Positions 28,081-36,599 of a stretch of DNA of 64,000 nt are shown here, piece after piece. The DNA is from Gemmatimonadales bacterium (GTDB lineage Bacteria > Gemmatimonadota > Gemmatimonadetes > Gemmatimonadales > GWC2-71-9). The position numbers and the translations under genes were made by a program. The stretch spans positions 133,353 to 197,352 of the forward strand of contig DASUJH010000028.1 in NCBI GenBank assembly GCA_036279355.1. Direction: 5' to 3'. Every line of letters starts with the position of its first letter. Within the stretch, counting starts at the first letter, position 1. A model generated the notes under the pieces. That model saw only the letters and a list, made by a program, of their open reading frames with translations, did no database searches and was not told the DNA's origin.

Positions 28081-29961
28081 CTACTGCTTGACCGCCGGTG
28101 ACTTGAGCGCGAACACGGTCAGCACGCCGCCCTGGTTGGAGAACTGACCGGCATCGCCGAACGCGCCCAGCGCGCCCAGGCCCGCCGTCGGGTCCTCGGC
28201 CCCAATGCCGGCCGCCACACCGATGCCCGCCCAGCCGCCGATGCCCGAAAGCACCGCGACGTACTGCTGGCCATCGGGACCCTGGTACGTCATCGGGTTG
28301 CCGATGATGCCGGACGGCGTCTTGTACTCCCAGAGGAGCTTGCCGCTCTTCTGATCGACCGCCTTGAGCCAGCCGTCCATGGTGCCGTAGAAGGCGAGAC
28401 CGCCGGCGGTGGTCAGCACGCCACCGTACGCCGCCAGGTTTTCCTTGTCTTCCCAGACCACCTTGCCTTGCATCGGATCCCACGCGATGAACCGACCGCG
28501 GTTACCGCCCGGGCCCGGGTACATCCGCACGATCGCGCCGACGTACGGCTGGCCGGCCGAGTACTTCACCTCGACGCCTTCATAATCCATGCAGATGTTG
28601 TTCGTCGGGACGTAGAAGTACCCCGTCAGCGGGGAGTAGGACGACGGCTGCTGGTCCTTGAAGCCGATCGCCGCGGGGCAGATGCCCTCGGTGTTGTGCT
28701 TCGAGGTCGTGCCGTACTTCGGGTCCTTGTGCGGAATGCCGGTCGAAAGGTCCACACCGGTTGCCCAGTTCACCGGGCCGTAGGGCTTGGCCACGATCAG
28801 CTTGCCGTTGGTGCGATCGATCGTGTAACCGAATCCGTTCCGGTCGAAGTGCGCGAGCAGCTTCTTCCCGTTCCGGTCGAACAGTACGTTCTCGTTGACG
28901 CCGTCATAGTCCCACTCGTCGTGCGGCGTCATCTGGTAGGCCCATTCCACCGTTCCGTCATCGGGGTGGCGCGCGAAGATGGTCATCGACCATTTGTTGT
29001 CGCCCGGCCGCTGATCGGGATTCCAGGTGCCCGGGTTGCCGGTGCTGATGTACACCAGGTCGAGCTGGGGGTCGTAGGAGTACCAGCCCCACGTGGTGCC
29101 GCCGCCGCGCTTCCACTCATCGCTGCCGTTCCAGGTGCTCACACCCAGGTCCTTGCCCTTGTGCGAGGCATAGTTCGCGTTGCCGACGCCATTCTGAATA
29201 CCGACCTCGGCATCGGGGCCGGTGCTGTACATGGTCCAGAGATGCTTGCCGCTGTTGGCGTCGAACGCCGAGACGCGGCCGCGGACGCCGAACTCACCGC
29301 CCGAGATGCCGGCGATCACGATTTCCTTGCCCGACTTGGTCTTGATGTAAATCGGGGCATTGGTCATCGTGGCGCCCTCCTTGTACCCCGTGGCTTCCGG
29401 CCCCGAGGGCGACGAAGCCGGGTGCTTCACCTTCCACAGCTCCTTGCCGGTCTTGGCGTCGAGCGCCAGGAGCTCACCCTCGAGCAGCTCGATGTAAAGC
29501 TTGCCGCTCGGGTTGTACGCCAGACCGCGGTTCACCAGGTCGCAGCAGGCGATTGGAATCGCGTCGGGCGACTGGTTGGGCACGTACTTCCAGATCTGCG
29601 GCGCGCCGGGCTTCGACAGGTCGAGCGCGTACACGATGTTGGGGAAGCTCGTCTGCACGTACATCACGTTCCCGACGACGAGCGGGTTGCCCTCGTGACC
29701 GCGGAGCGTGCCGGTCGAGAACGACCAGACGGGCCGAAGCTGGGCGATGTTTGACGTGGTGATCTGATTGAGGGGGCTGAAGCGGGTAAGGGCGTAGTCG
29801 CGCCCGGTCATCCACCACTCCCCCTTGGGAGCGTTCATTGTCCAGGCCCCGCCCGACCAGGACCCCTGCGGGACGTTCTGCGCGGCCACCGGGCTCGTTC
29901 CGAATGCCAGGAGGCACGCCATCAACCCGCCGACCGGCAGATAAGCCATCGATCGTTTCAT
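28081..29961 (-). CDS. xoxF: PQQ-dependent methanol/alcohol dehydrogenase, XoxF (lanthanide) type, paralog 1
   Basis: ORF 28081..30177 trimmed to the ATG at 29961 (MKRSMAYLPVGGLMACLLAFGTSPVAAQ signal; GAGG RBS). Vicinal disulfide IACCDLVNRG. The WDYDG motif carries the extra Asp that distinguishes XoxF from Ca-type MxaF (WDYAG). No mxaI small subunit nearby. Confidence 0.9.
   Translation of the reverse strand: MKRSMAYLPVGGLMACLLAFGTSPVAAQNVPQGSWSGGAWTMNAPKGEWWMTGRDYALTRFSPLNQITTSNIAQLRPVWSFSTGTLRGHEGNPLVVGNVMYVQTSFPNIVYALDLSKPGAPQIWKYVPNQSPDAIPIACCDLVNRGLAYNPSGKLYIELLEGELLALDAKTGKELWKVKHPASSPSGPEATGYKEGATMTNAPIYIKTKSGKEIVIAGISGGEFGVRGRVSAFDANSGKHLWTMYSTGPDAEVGIQNGVGNANYASHKGKDLGVSTWNGSDEWKRGGGTTWGWYSYDPQLDLVYISTGNPGTWNPDQRPGDNKWSMTIFARHPDDGTVEWAYQMTPHDEWDYDGVNENVLFDRNGKKLLAHFDRNGFGYTIDRTNGKLIVAKPYGPVNWATGVDLSTGIPHKDPKYGTTSKHNTEGICPAAIGFKDQQPSSYSPLTGYFYVPTNNICMDYEGVEVKYSAGQPYVGAIVRMYPGPGGNRGRFIAWDPMQGKVVWEDKENLAAYGGVLTTAGGLAFYGTMDGWLKAVDQKSGKLLWEYKTPSGIIGNPMTYQGPDGQQYVAVLSGIGGWAGIGVAAGIGAEDPTAGLGALGAFGDAGQFSNQGGVLTVFALKSPAVKQ
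28154..28254. repeat. 101-nt block perfectly identical to 32058..32158 (xoxF paralog pair)
   Basis: Direct comparison of the two 3' coding regions. The surrounding sequence matches at most positions. Confidence 0.85.
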
Positions 29962-30297
29962 TGCTGTTGACCTCACATGTGACGGTATCGTGGACGGTAT
30001 GCGGCTGCCAAACCGGCTGATTGCGGGCTGGCGGCCGGAAGGGTGCATCCCGTCGATAGGCGGTCCGCCTGGCGGGGTGCAAATACGTGGGGCGGGCGGG
30101 CTGCGGGGCAGCAAAGAGTGCCGGAGGGGGTGGGGGGTACACCCCATCCAGCCAACTATATGGGCACGCGCAAACATAGGCCTGCGTCGCTTTCTGACCT
30201 GAACTATGGGCCCTAATGTCCGACGCGCCGCACCACGGGACCGTGATCTGCATCACATCGCTCGGTCAATCGCGCGCTACCGACCCCCGAACGCGAC

Positions 30298-30324
30298 GAG
30301 GGGCCGCTCCAAGAGCGGCCCCTC
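30298..30324 (-). terminator. strong GC hairpin downstream of xoxG (likely end of the xoxF2-xoxJ-xoxG transcript)
   Basis: Perfect 12-bp inverted repeat GAGGGGCCGCTC-caa-GAGCGGCCCCTC, 66 nt after the xoxG stop. No clear U-tract. Confidence 0.5.
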
Positions 30325-30389
30325 GTTCGGTTCATCGCAAGCCGGCGGAGTTCCGGCACCGGCAGCGACAGGCGCCCCGGCGAAGCGCG

Positions 30390-30833
30390 TCAGGCGCCTG
30401 ACTTCACGGCCGGCCTTCCGATGTGGATCTTGCCGTCCGCGCGACCCTTGAGATACGCGTAGATGTTGTTGATCTTCTCCGGCTCGAGTCCGAGCGCGCA
30501 CCAGGAGGGCATCCCCTTGGCTGGCCGGCCGGCACACACGGTGGCTACGAAGATGGCCTTGGTGGGGATCGGCCCGTCGTCCTTGAGCGAATTCACCAGC
30601 GCCGGCGCGAACGAGCTGCCCACACCGTATTCCCCATGGCAGCGCGCGCAATTGAGCTCGAACTGCTTCCAGCCCTGATACGCCTCCACCGAAATCGTAT
30701 CGAGCGGCTGGGGATGGTACTTGTCGTGTACTTCCTGGGCATGCGCCGCCCGGGCGCCGCCGACCACAAAGAGGACGGCGACGGCCATGGCGCCCAGCAA
30801 TCGGGCGAGCGGCGAGGTCCGGGGAGTGCTCAT
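30390..30833 (-). CDS. xoxG: c-type cytochrome, methanol-metabolism-associated (XoxG-like electron acceptor)
   Basis: 147 aa with a signal peptide and a single CARCH heme site. Positioned after xoxJ in the xoxF cluster. Confidence 0.75.
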   Translation of the reverse strand: MSTPRTSPLARLLGAMAVAVLFVVGGARAAHAQEVHDKYHPQPLDTISVEAYQGWKQFELNCARCHGEYGVGSSFAPALVNSLKDDGPIPTKAIFVATVCAGRPAKGMPSWCALGLEPEKINNIYAYLKGRADGKIHIGRPAVKSGA

Positions 30834-30892
30834 CTCACGGTCAGTCCTTTCAGAGGAAAAGAGCCAGGGTTATGGGCTCGACCACCCATGCG

Positions 30893-31819
30893 TCAGAACG
30901 CGCCGGCGTGTCCCGACTTGCCCGGGGCGGCCGTCGTATCGCCGATCGCGCCGGTTCGGGTGGTGGTAGAATCCGCCGGGATCGGAAGCATCGGCACCTT
31001 GTACTGTTGCAGGATGGCTTCGATCTCGGGGCGGTCGTGGTCTATGAGCGTCTGCACGCTGTCGCGAAACTCGCGATCCTTGCGGCGCGTGGCCATGGTG
31101 ATACTGAAGGCGAACGGGATCCCGGTGGTGCTGTCGTCCGGGATTGGGTGAAGGACCAGTGGCACCGGCGCCTTGGCCGCGAAGTAGCCGGCGACGGGTC
31201 CCCAGACGATCGCGAGGTCGATCTTCTTGTCAGCCACGGCGTTGATGATGTCTTCCGGCCGGTGGATCTCACTAAAAAAGGTGGGGAACCCGACGAGGCC
31301 GACCACGCCGTGCGACTTGAGCGCAGCGGCAGGGGGGGCGGCATCGCCATCGCTCCCAATCATGTTTACGCCGATCCTCAGCCGCTTGAGCGCCGGATCG
31401 TCGAGCGAGGTGATGTTGAGACCGCTGTCCTTTCGGTACACGAAGAAGTAGGTCGAGCGGAAGTATGGCTTGGTCGTGGCCGCGATGTCGAGCCCGGCAG
31501 GTGCGGTCACAATCAGGTCGCAGTAGCCCCCATTAAGGCCGCGCCCGAAGTAGCCAAAGCGAACGGGCCACCACACGTACTCAAGGCGCGAATTCCACTT
31601 CTCCGCGATGTATTCGGCGATCTTGTTCTCGAAGCCCTCGCCCTTCTGGTTGGACTCCGGCATGTTATCGGGATCGGCACACACGCGAAGGACGCCCGGT
31701 GTCAGCGGTCCGGGGCGGAGGTCGGTCTCCTCCTGGGCGCCGGCAGTGCCGGCGCCTACGATCAATGCGGCCGCCGCGACGCCGCCCAGGGCCCCGATCC
31801 GACGCAGCATCGGTGACAT
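30893..31819 (-). CDS. xoxJ: quinoprotein-dehydrogenase-associated periplasmic substrate-binding protein (XoxJ/MxaJ-like)
   Basis: ORF 30893..31843; several starts are possible (31843 TTG; 31831, 31819, 31810 ATG). Signal peptide followed by LRVCADPDNMPESNQKGEGFENKIAEYIA, typical of the MoxJ family. Confidence 0.75.
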   Translation of the reverse strand: MSPMLRRIGALGGVAAAALIVGAGTAGAQEETDLRPGPLTPGVLRVCADPDNMPESNQKGEGFENKIAEYIAEKWNSRLEYVWWPVRFGYFGRGLNGGYCDLIVTAPAGLDIAATTKPYFRSTYFFVYRKDSGLNITSLDDPALKRLRIGVNMIGSDGDAAPPAAALKSHGVVGLVGFPTFFSEIHRPEDIINAVADKKIDLAIVWGPVAGYFAAKAPVPLVLHPIPDDSTTGIPFAFSITMATRRKDREFRDSVQTLIDHDRPEIEAILQQYKVPMLPIPADSTTTRTGAIGDTTAAPGKSGHAGAF

Positions 31820-31900
31820 TCTGTATCCCATCCGTCCACCCAATCTGTGGGGTCGGCCTGCCTTAGTTCGGTCCGGCGCGCCAGACCCCGTGGTGCGCGA

Positions 31901-31933
31901 ACGGCGCCGGAGCGGTCAGCACTCCGGCGCCGT
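31901..31933 (-). other. intercistronic hairpin between xoxF2 and xoxJ
   Basis: Perfect 12-bp stem ACGGCGCCGGAG / CTCCGGCGCCGT with a 9-nt loop. Confidence 0.45.
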
Positions 31934-31964
31934 CGCGTGTGTTTCCAATCTAGCCCCGTCGGGA

Positions 31965-31987
31965 GGCCGGTGGGGATGCCACCGGCC
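31965..31987 (-). other. second hairpin just downstream of the xoxF2 stop
   Basis: Perfect 9-bp stem GGCCGGTGG / CCACCGGCC with a 5-nt loop, 19 nt after the TAA at 32006-32008. Confidence 0.45.
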
Positions 31988-32005
31988 GGCCGAGGGTCCT
32001 GCGGG

Positions 32006-33820
32006 TTAGAGCGAGAATACCGTAAGCACGCCGCCCTGGTTGGTGAACTGACCGGCGTCGCCGAACGCGCCCAGCGCGCCCAGGCCCGCCGTCGGGTCCT
32101 CGGCCCCAATGCCGGCCGCCACACCGATGCCCGCCCAGCCGCCGATGCCCGAAAGCACGGCCACGTACTGCTTCTTGTCTGGGCCAAGATAGGTCATCGG
32201 GTTGCCGATGATGCCGGACGGCGTCTTGAACTGCCACAGCAGCTTGCCGGTCTTCTGGTCGACCGCCTTGAGCCAGCCTTCCATGGTGCCGTAGAAGGCG
32301 AGACCGCCGGCGGTGGTCAGCACGCCGCCGTACGCGGCCAGGTTCTCCTTGTCTTCCCAGACCACCTTGCCCGCCATCGGATCCCACGCAATGAACCGGC
32401 CGCGATTGCCACCCGGGCCGGGGAACATGCGCACGATCGCGCCGACGTACGGCTGGCCGGCCGAGTACTTCACCTCGACGCCTTCATAGTCCATGCAGAT
32501 GTTGTTCGCCGGGACGTAGAAGTAGCCGGTGAGCGGCGAGTACGCGGAGGGCTGCTGGTCCTTGAAGCCGATCGCCGCGGGGCAGATGCCCTCGGTGTTG
32601 TGCTTCGAGGTCGTGCCGTACTTCGGGTCCTTCTTCGGGATGCCGGTGGAGAGATCCACGCCCGTGGTCCAGTTGACCGGACCGAAGGGCTTGGCCACGA
32701 TCAGCTTGCCGTTGGTGCGATCGATCGTGTAGCCGATGCCGTTACGATCGAAGTGCGCCAGGAGCTTCTGACCGCCGTGCTCGAAGAGCACGTTCTCGTT
32801 GACGCCGTCATAGTCCCACTCATCGTGCGGCGTCATCTGGTAGGCCCAGACGACCTTGCCCGTCTCCGGCTTGCGCGCGAAGATGGTCATCGACCACTTG
32901 TTGTCGCCCGGCCGCTGATCGGGATTCCAGGTGCCCGGGTTGCCGGTGCTGACATACAGGTTGTCGAGCTCGGGGTCGTAGGAGTACCAGCCCCACGTGG
33001 TGCCGCCGCCGTGCTTCCACTCGTCGCCCTGCCAAGTCGAGACGCCGAGGTCCTTGCCTTTGTGCGAGGCGTAGTTCGCATTGGCGACGCCGTTCTCGAT
33101 GCCGACTTCGTCGTCCGGACCCGTGCTGTACATGGTCCAGAGATGTTTGCCGCTGTTGGCGTCGAACGCCGAGACGCGGCCGCGGACGCCGAACTCACCG
33201 CCCGAGATGCCGGTGATCACGATGTCCTTGATCACGATCGGGGCGACCGTCATGGTGGCGCCCTGCTTGTAGCCGGTCGCCTCGGGACCCGCGTTCGAGT
33301 GATCGGGGTGCTTCACCTTCCACAGCTCCTTGCCGGTCTTGGCGTCGAGCGCCAGGAGCTCACCCTCGAGCAGGTTGATGTAGAGCTTGCCGCTCGGATG
33401 GTAGGCCAGACCGCGGTTCACCAGGTCGCAGCAGGCGATTGGGATCGCGTCGGGCGACTGGTTGGGCACGTACTTCCAGATCTGCGGCGCGCCGGGCTTC
33501 GACAGATCGAGCGCGTACACGATGTTGGGGAAGCTCGTGTGCACGTACATCACGTTCCCGACGACGAGCGGGTTGCCCTCGTGACCGCGCAACGTGCCGG
33601 TCGACATGGTCCACGCCGCCTTCAGGTCCTTCACGTTCGCCGTCGTGATCTGCTTGAGCGGGCTGTACCGCTGCAAGCTGTAATCACGCCCGGTGATCTG
33701 CCAGTCGCCCTCGGGCGCGTTGCGGGTCCACTCCCCGCCGCGTGCCTGGGCGTTGGCGACGGCCGCGAACGCGAGGCTCGCAGCGACGCCGGACAACACC
33801 TGCCGGGTAATGCGGTTCAT
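32006..33820 (-). CDS. xoxF: PQQ-dependent methanol/alcohol dehydrogenase, XoxF (lanthanide) type, paralog 2
   Basis: ORF 32006..34141 trimmed to the ATG at 33820 (MNRITRQVLSGVAASLAFAAVANAQ signal; GAGG RBS). Has the same IACCDLVNRG and WDYDG motifs as paralog 1. Confidence 0.9.
   Translation of the reverse strand: MNRITRQVLSGVAASLAFAAVANAQARGGEWTRNAPEGDWQITGRDYSLQRYSPLKQITTANVKDLKAAWTMSTGTLRGHEGNPLVVGNVMYVHTSFPNIVYALDLSKPGAPQIWKYVPNQSPDAIPIACCDLVNRGLAYHPSGKLYINLLEGELLALDAKTGKELWKVKHPDHSNAGPEATGYKQGATMTVAPIVIKDIVITGISGGEFGVRGRVSAFDANSGKHLWTMYSTGPDDEVGIENGVANANYASHKGKDLGVSTWQGDEWKHGGGTTWGWYSYDPELDNLYVSTGNPGTWNPDQRPGDNKWSMTIFARKPETGKVVWAYQMTPHDEWDYDGVNENVLFEHGGQKLLAHFDRNGIGYTIDRTNGKLIVAKPFGPVNWTTGVDLSTGIPKKDPKYGTTSKHNTEGICPAAIGFKDQQPSAYSPLTGYFYVPANNICMDYEGVEVKYSAGQPYVGAIVRMFPGPGGNRGRFIAWDPMAGKVVWEDKENLAAYGGVLTTAGGLAFYGTMEGWLKAVDQKTGKLLWQFKTPSGIIGNPMTYLGPDKKQYVAVLSGIGGWAGIGVAAGIGAEDPTAGLGALGAFGDAGQFTNQGGVLTVFSL
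32058..32158. repeat. 101-nt block perfectly identical to 28154..28254
   Basis: See the partner feature at 28154..28254. Confidence 0.85.
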
Positions 33821-33863
33821 AACTGACCTCAGGATGAAGGGTGATTCTCCTGCTGTACAGCAC

Positions 33864-33955
33864 CTACGTGGTGTTGCGTTGCCCTGCGTGGTGGTGCGCT
33901 GTGGGTGGTGCACTGCGTGAAGCGTGCTGCGTGAAGCGTGCTGCGGTGGAGCGCT
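33864..33955. repeat. array of about six imperfect 14-15-nt direct repeats (CTGCGTGGTGGTGCG-like) in the xoxF2 leader
   Basis: Units: ctacgtggtgttgcg.., ctgcgtggtggtgcg, ctgtgggtggtgca, ctgcgtgaagcgtg (x2, exact, 33913-33940), ctgcggtggagcgct. Lies 45-135 nt upstream of the xoxF2 ATG. Confidence 0.7.
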
Positions 33956-34299
33956 CTGCCGCCTCGACTCGGTGCGGCGCGGGTACCCCGGAAACCCGCG
34001 CCCACCTGCCGGGGCCCTTACGACCGAGCAGCCGGAGTTCTCCGCTCGATCACCGGCCCCGCCGCGCGGCCTCGGGGGCCGGGCCACAAACTCGGGTACG
34101 CGGGCATGGAACCGGTTGGATGCATGCCTCGCTGGAGGCATGACATTGATGTACGCCTAAAAGGGCCGTTGCGCCAGACCGGCCGCACGGGAAACCCGCG
34201 ATCACACCTTTGGTCAAACCGCCGCCCACGTCTGACGATGAGGGGAAAGACGACCTCGGGTACTCCGGCTTCTACATGTTTATGCGGACTTGGGGCTCC

Positions 34300-34328
34300 A
34301 CTATATCGCCCGGTTCCCGAACTGTCAA
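34300..34328 (-). promoter_or_regulatory. near-consensus sigma-70 promoter firing toward xoxF2
   Basis: On the minus strand, TTGACA (rc of 34323-34328, overlapping the mptG stop codon), an exact 17-nt spacer, then TATAGT (rc of 34300-34305). Implies a leader of about 470 nt before the xoxF2 ATG at 33820. Confidence 0.5.
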
Positions 34329-35314
34329 TCAGCCAACGGCTTCGATCCGGCCGGCCAGGCTCGGGCCCCGTGGTTCTGAAAGGTGCCGCTCACGACAAGA
34401 CCTCCCGCGCCCACCTGGCTGCGGGCGCCGGCGGCCAGCGAGTCCGCGCGCGCCGCGCCATCCGTCAGTGCATAAACAGTTGGACCCCAGGAGCTTTGCC
34501 CCACGCCGGCGGCCCCGCCGTCGGCCAGATATCGGACCAAGCGCGCGGTCTGCCCGGGCGCAAAGACCCCACCCTGCGCCGGCGCGAACCAGCCGCCCGT
34601 GATCCGCTGAATGATGGAGAGCGACTCGCCGAATGCCGTCAGATCCGCCTCGGCGACCGCCGGCAGCAGCCGCATGAGAACTTCATGCGCGACGCGCTCC
34701 ACCTCCGATGCCGGCGGCGCGGGGAGACCCCGGAACGCGTTGGCCTCCGCCGCTCCGCTCAGACCGGACGCCGCATCCGGCACCGCCACCACATAGTGCC
34801 ACGACGCGGGCATTGGGTGCCGAGCCAAAAGCGGCGCCACCTCGTTCGAGCCGGCCCGCCGGCCCCCTTCGAGAATGAAGCCCCCGGCCTCGAACGCCCA
34901 CGTGCCGATCGCCGAGCGGCGCCCGCGCTCGACCGCCCGCGCAAGGTCGGGGGCCGACGTGGGCAGGCCATACAACTCGGCCAACCCGCGCGCCACGGCG
35001 AGGGCGAGTTGGGTTCCCGAGCCGAGCCCGGCATGCGCGGGGATAGCGCGGTGCACGCGAATGCGGGCACCGCCCCGGACGCCAGTGCGCGCGAGATAGC
35101 GGCGGGCGAACTCCGCCGCGCGTCCGCCGTCCGGACCTTCGGCCTCGATCGCGTCGGCGGTCTCGGCTTGGAGCAGGAGCGACGGGGTCGGGATCGCGGC
35201 GCCGATCCCGCCGAACCAGCGCCCCAGGTCGCCCCGCAGGTCGAGCACGCCAAAGTGCAGACGGGCGGGCGCCTCCACGAAGACGCGTCCGCCCGTTGCA
35301 GGCCGGCCGCTCAC
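34325..35314 (-). CDS. mptG: beta-ribofuranosylaminobenzene 5'-phosphate synthase (H4MPT biosynthesis, GHMP-kinase fold)
   Basis: Real part of fused ORF 34325..36073. The GTG at 35314 overlaps the upstream stop (GTGA). Contains VFVEAPARLHFGVLDL and the GHMP motif HAGLGSGTQLALA. Confidence 0.85.
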   Translation of the reverse strand: MSGRPATGGRVFVEAPARLHFGVLDLRGDLGRWFGGIGAAIPTPSLLLQAETADAIEAEGPDGGRAAEFARRYLARTGVRGGARIRVHRAIPAHAGLGSGTQLALAVARGLAELYGLPTSAPDLARAVERGRRSAIGTWAFEAGGFILEGGRRAGSNEVAPLLARHPMPASWHYVVAVPDAASGLSGAAEANAFRGLPAPPASEVERVAHEVLMRLLPAVAEADLTAFGESLSIIQRITGGWFAPAQGGVFAPGQTARLVRYLADGGAAGVGQSSWGPTVYALTDGAARADSLAAGARSQVGAGGLVVSGTFQNHGARAWPAGSKPLAD

Positions 35315-35880
35315 CCGGCCGACCCGGCGAGTGCGCGTTCCACGTACGCGCGAAGCAGCACCCACGCCTCCCGCTCGCGCGGCCCGGCGGTCTTCTCGAC
35401 CAGCACCTCGAGCCGCGCATAGTCGCCGCGGATCTGCGCCGCCGGCAACAGATGCACTCGGGTCGCGAGGATCGCTCCCTCGAGCACGGCATGGCGCGCG
35501 CGATTGAAGCCGATGAAGTCCCGCCGGACCCCGCGGTGCACCACCCGCGCTTCGATCCGCGAGCGCGGCGGCGTGTCGTCGAGCGCGGCGACCTCGAGCT
35601 CCCGCCAGGAGCAGGCCGCGGCGAGCACCACGCCGCGCACCCGCGCCGCCGGTTCGGCGGCAAACCGGGGGCTCCCGATGGCGCTCTGCGCAAAGAGCAG
35701 CACGTCGTCGGTGGTGTTCACCACCGCCGCACCCGTCGCGCGCAGGTTGCGGAACGTCGTCGTCTCGAGAAACGGCTTCAGCACGATCACGTCCTCGCCC
35801 CACTCGACACCCATCGGCGCGAAATTGACCGTGCCGGCCGGGTCCATCGAGGTGACGATGCTCTCGATGATGAGCGTCAT
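35311..35880 (-). CDS. DUF447-family protein (split-barrel fold; H4MPT-cluster associated)
   Basis: Real part of ORF 35311..36351. The ATG at 35880 overlaps the pabA stop (ATGA). Begins MTLIIESIVTSMDPAGTVNFAPMGVEW. Family call made from memory. Confidence 0.6.
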   Translation of the reverse strand: MTLIIESIVTSMDPAGTVNFAPMGVEWGEDVIVLKPFLETTTFRNLRATGAAVVNTTDDVLLFAQSAIGSPRFAAEPAARVRGVVLAAACSWRELEVAALDDTPPRSRIEARVVHRGVRRDFIGFNRARHAVLEGAILATRVHLLPAAQIRGDYARLEVLVEKTAGPREREAWVLLRAYVERALAGSAG

Positions 35881-36599
35881 TCGCCAGGCGTCCGGGGCGG
35901 GGGCGCCGCGTACCAGGGCGCTTCGTGCGCCCGCGGCGCGCTCCGCCGATCGAGTCCCTCGCGCGAGGGCTGGTAGCCCAGGCCCGAGAGGCCGAGGCCG
36001 CCGTCGGCCGTTGGGGGCAGCGCGTCGGGCGAGGCGTGGCCGTGAAGGAATCGGGCCAGCATCGGATACCCATACTCGGTGAGCACCGACTCGGGATGGA
36101 ACTGCACGCCGGTCACGGGATGCTCCGCGTGCTGGACCGCCATGATCTCGCCGTCCTCCGCGCGCGCCGTCACGCGGAGTGAAGCCGGCAACGATCCGGG
36201 GGCGATGACGAGCGAGTGGTAACGGGTGGCGGTGAGCGGACTCGGCAGGCCGGCAAAGATGCCGGTGCCGTCGTGGTGGACGCGCGACGTCTTCCCGTGC
36301 TGCGGACGCCCGGCCCGCACGATCTCGGCGCCGTAGGCGGCGCCGATGCACTGGTGGCCCAGGCAGACGCCGAGGATGGGCGTCGTGGGGCCGAAGCGGC
36401 GCACGAGCTCAGTCGAGATTCCCGCCTCGGCCGGCGAGCAGGGCCCCGGCGAGATGATGACATGCGACGGCGCGAGCCTCTTGATTTCGTCGAGGCTCAG
36501 CGCGTCGTGGCGGCGCACTACCGGCTCGGCACCCAGCTCCCGCACGTAACGGGCGAGGTTGAAGACGAACGAGTCGTAGTTGTCGATGAGGAGGATCAT
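35877..36599 (-). CDS. pabA: aminodeoxychorismate/anthranilate synthase component II (glutamine amidotransferase) with about 50-aa C-terminal extension
   Basis: The ATG at 36599 overlaps the pabB stop. MILLIDNYDSFVFNLARY, catalytic GVCLGHQ and the HPES triad region. Confidence 0.8.
   Translation of the reverse strand: MILLIDNYDSFVFNLARYVRELGAEPVVRRHDALSLDEIKRLAPSHVIISPGPCSPAEAGISTELVRRFGPTTPILGVCLGHQCIGAAYGAEIVRAGRPQHGKTSRVHHDGTGIFAGLPSPLTATRYHSLVIAPGSLPASLRVTARAEDGEIMAVQHAEHPVTGVQFHPESVLTEYGYPMLARFLHGHASPDALPPTADGGLGLSGLGYQPSREGLDRRSAPRAHEAPWYAAPPPRTPGE

Noticed and set aside
30065-30140. G-tract cluster (GGGG/GGG/GGGGG/GGGGGG runs) upstream of xoxF1 as a G-quadruplex element
   Set aside because: G-runs are common by chance at this GC content. 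They lie on the antisense strand of the leader, and I cannot compute stability. This is not strong enough to report as a feature.
33864-33955. Possibility that the 14-nt repeat array is a CRISPR array
   Set aside because: The units are contiguous (no spacers), only 14-15 nt long and imperfect, and no cas genes are nearby. It is treated as a leader or regulatory tandem repeat instead.
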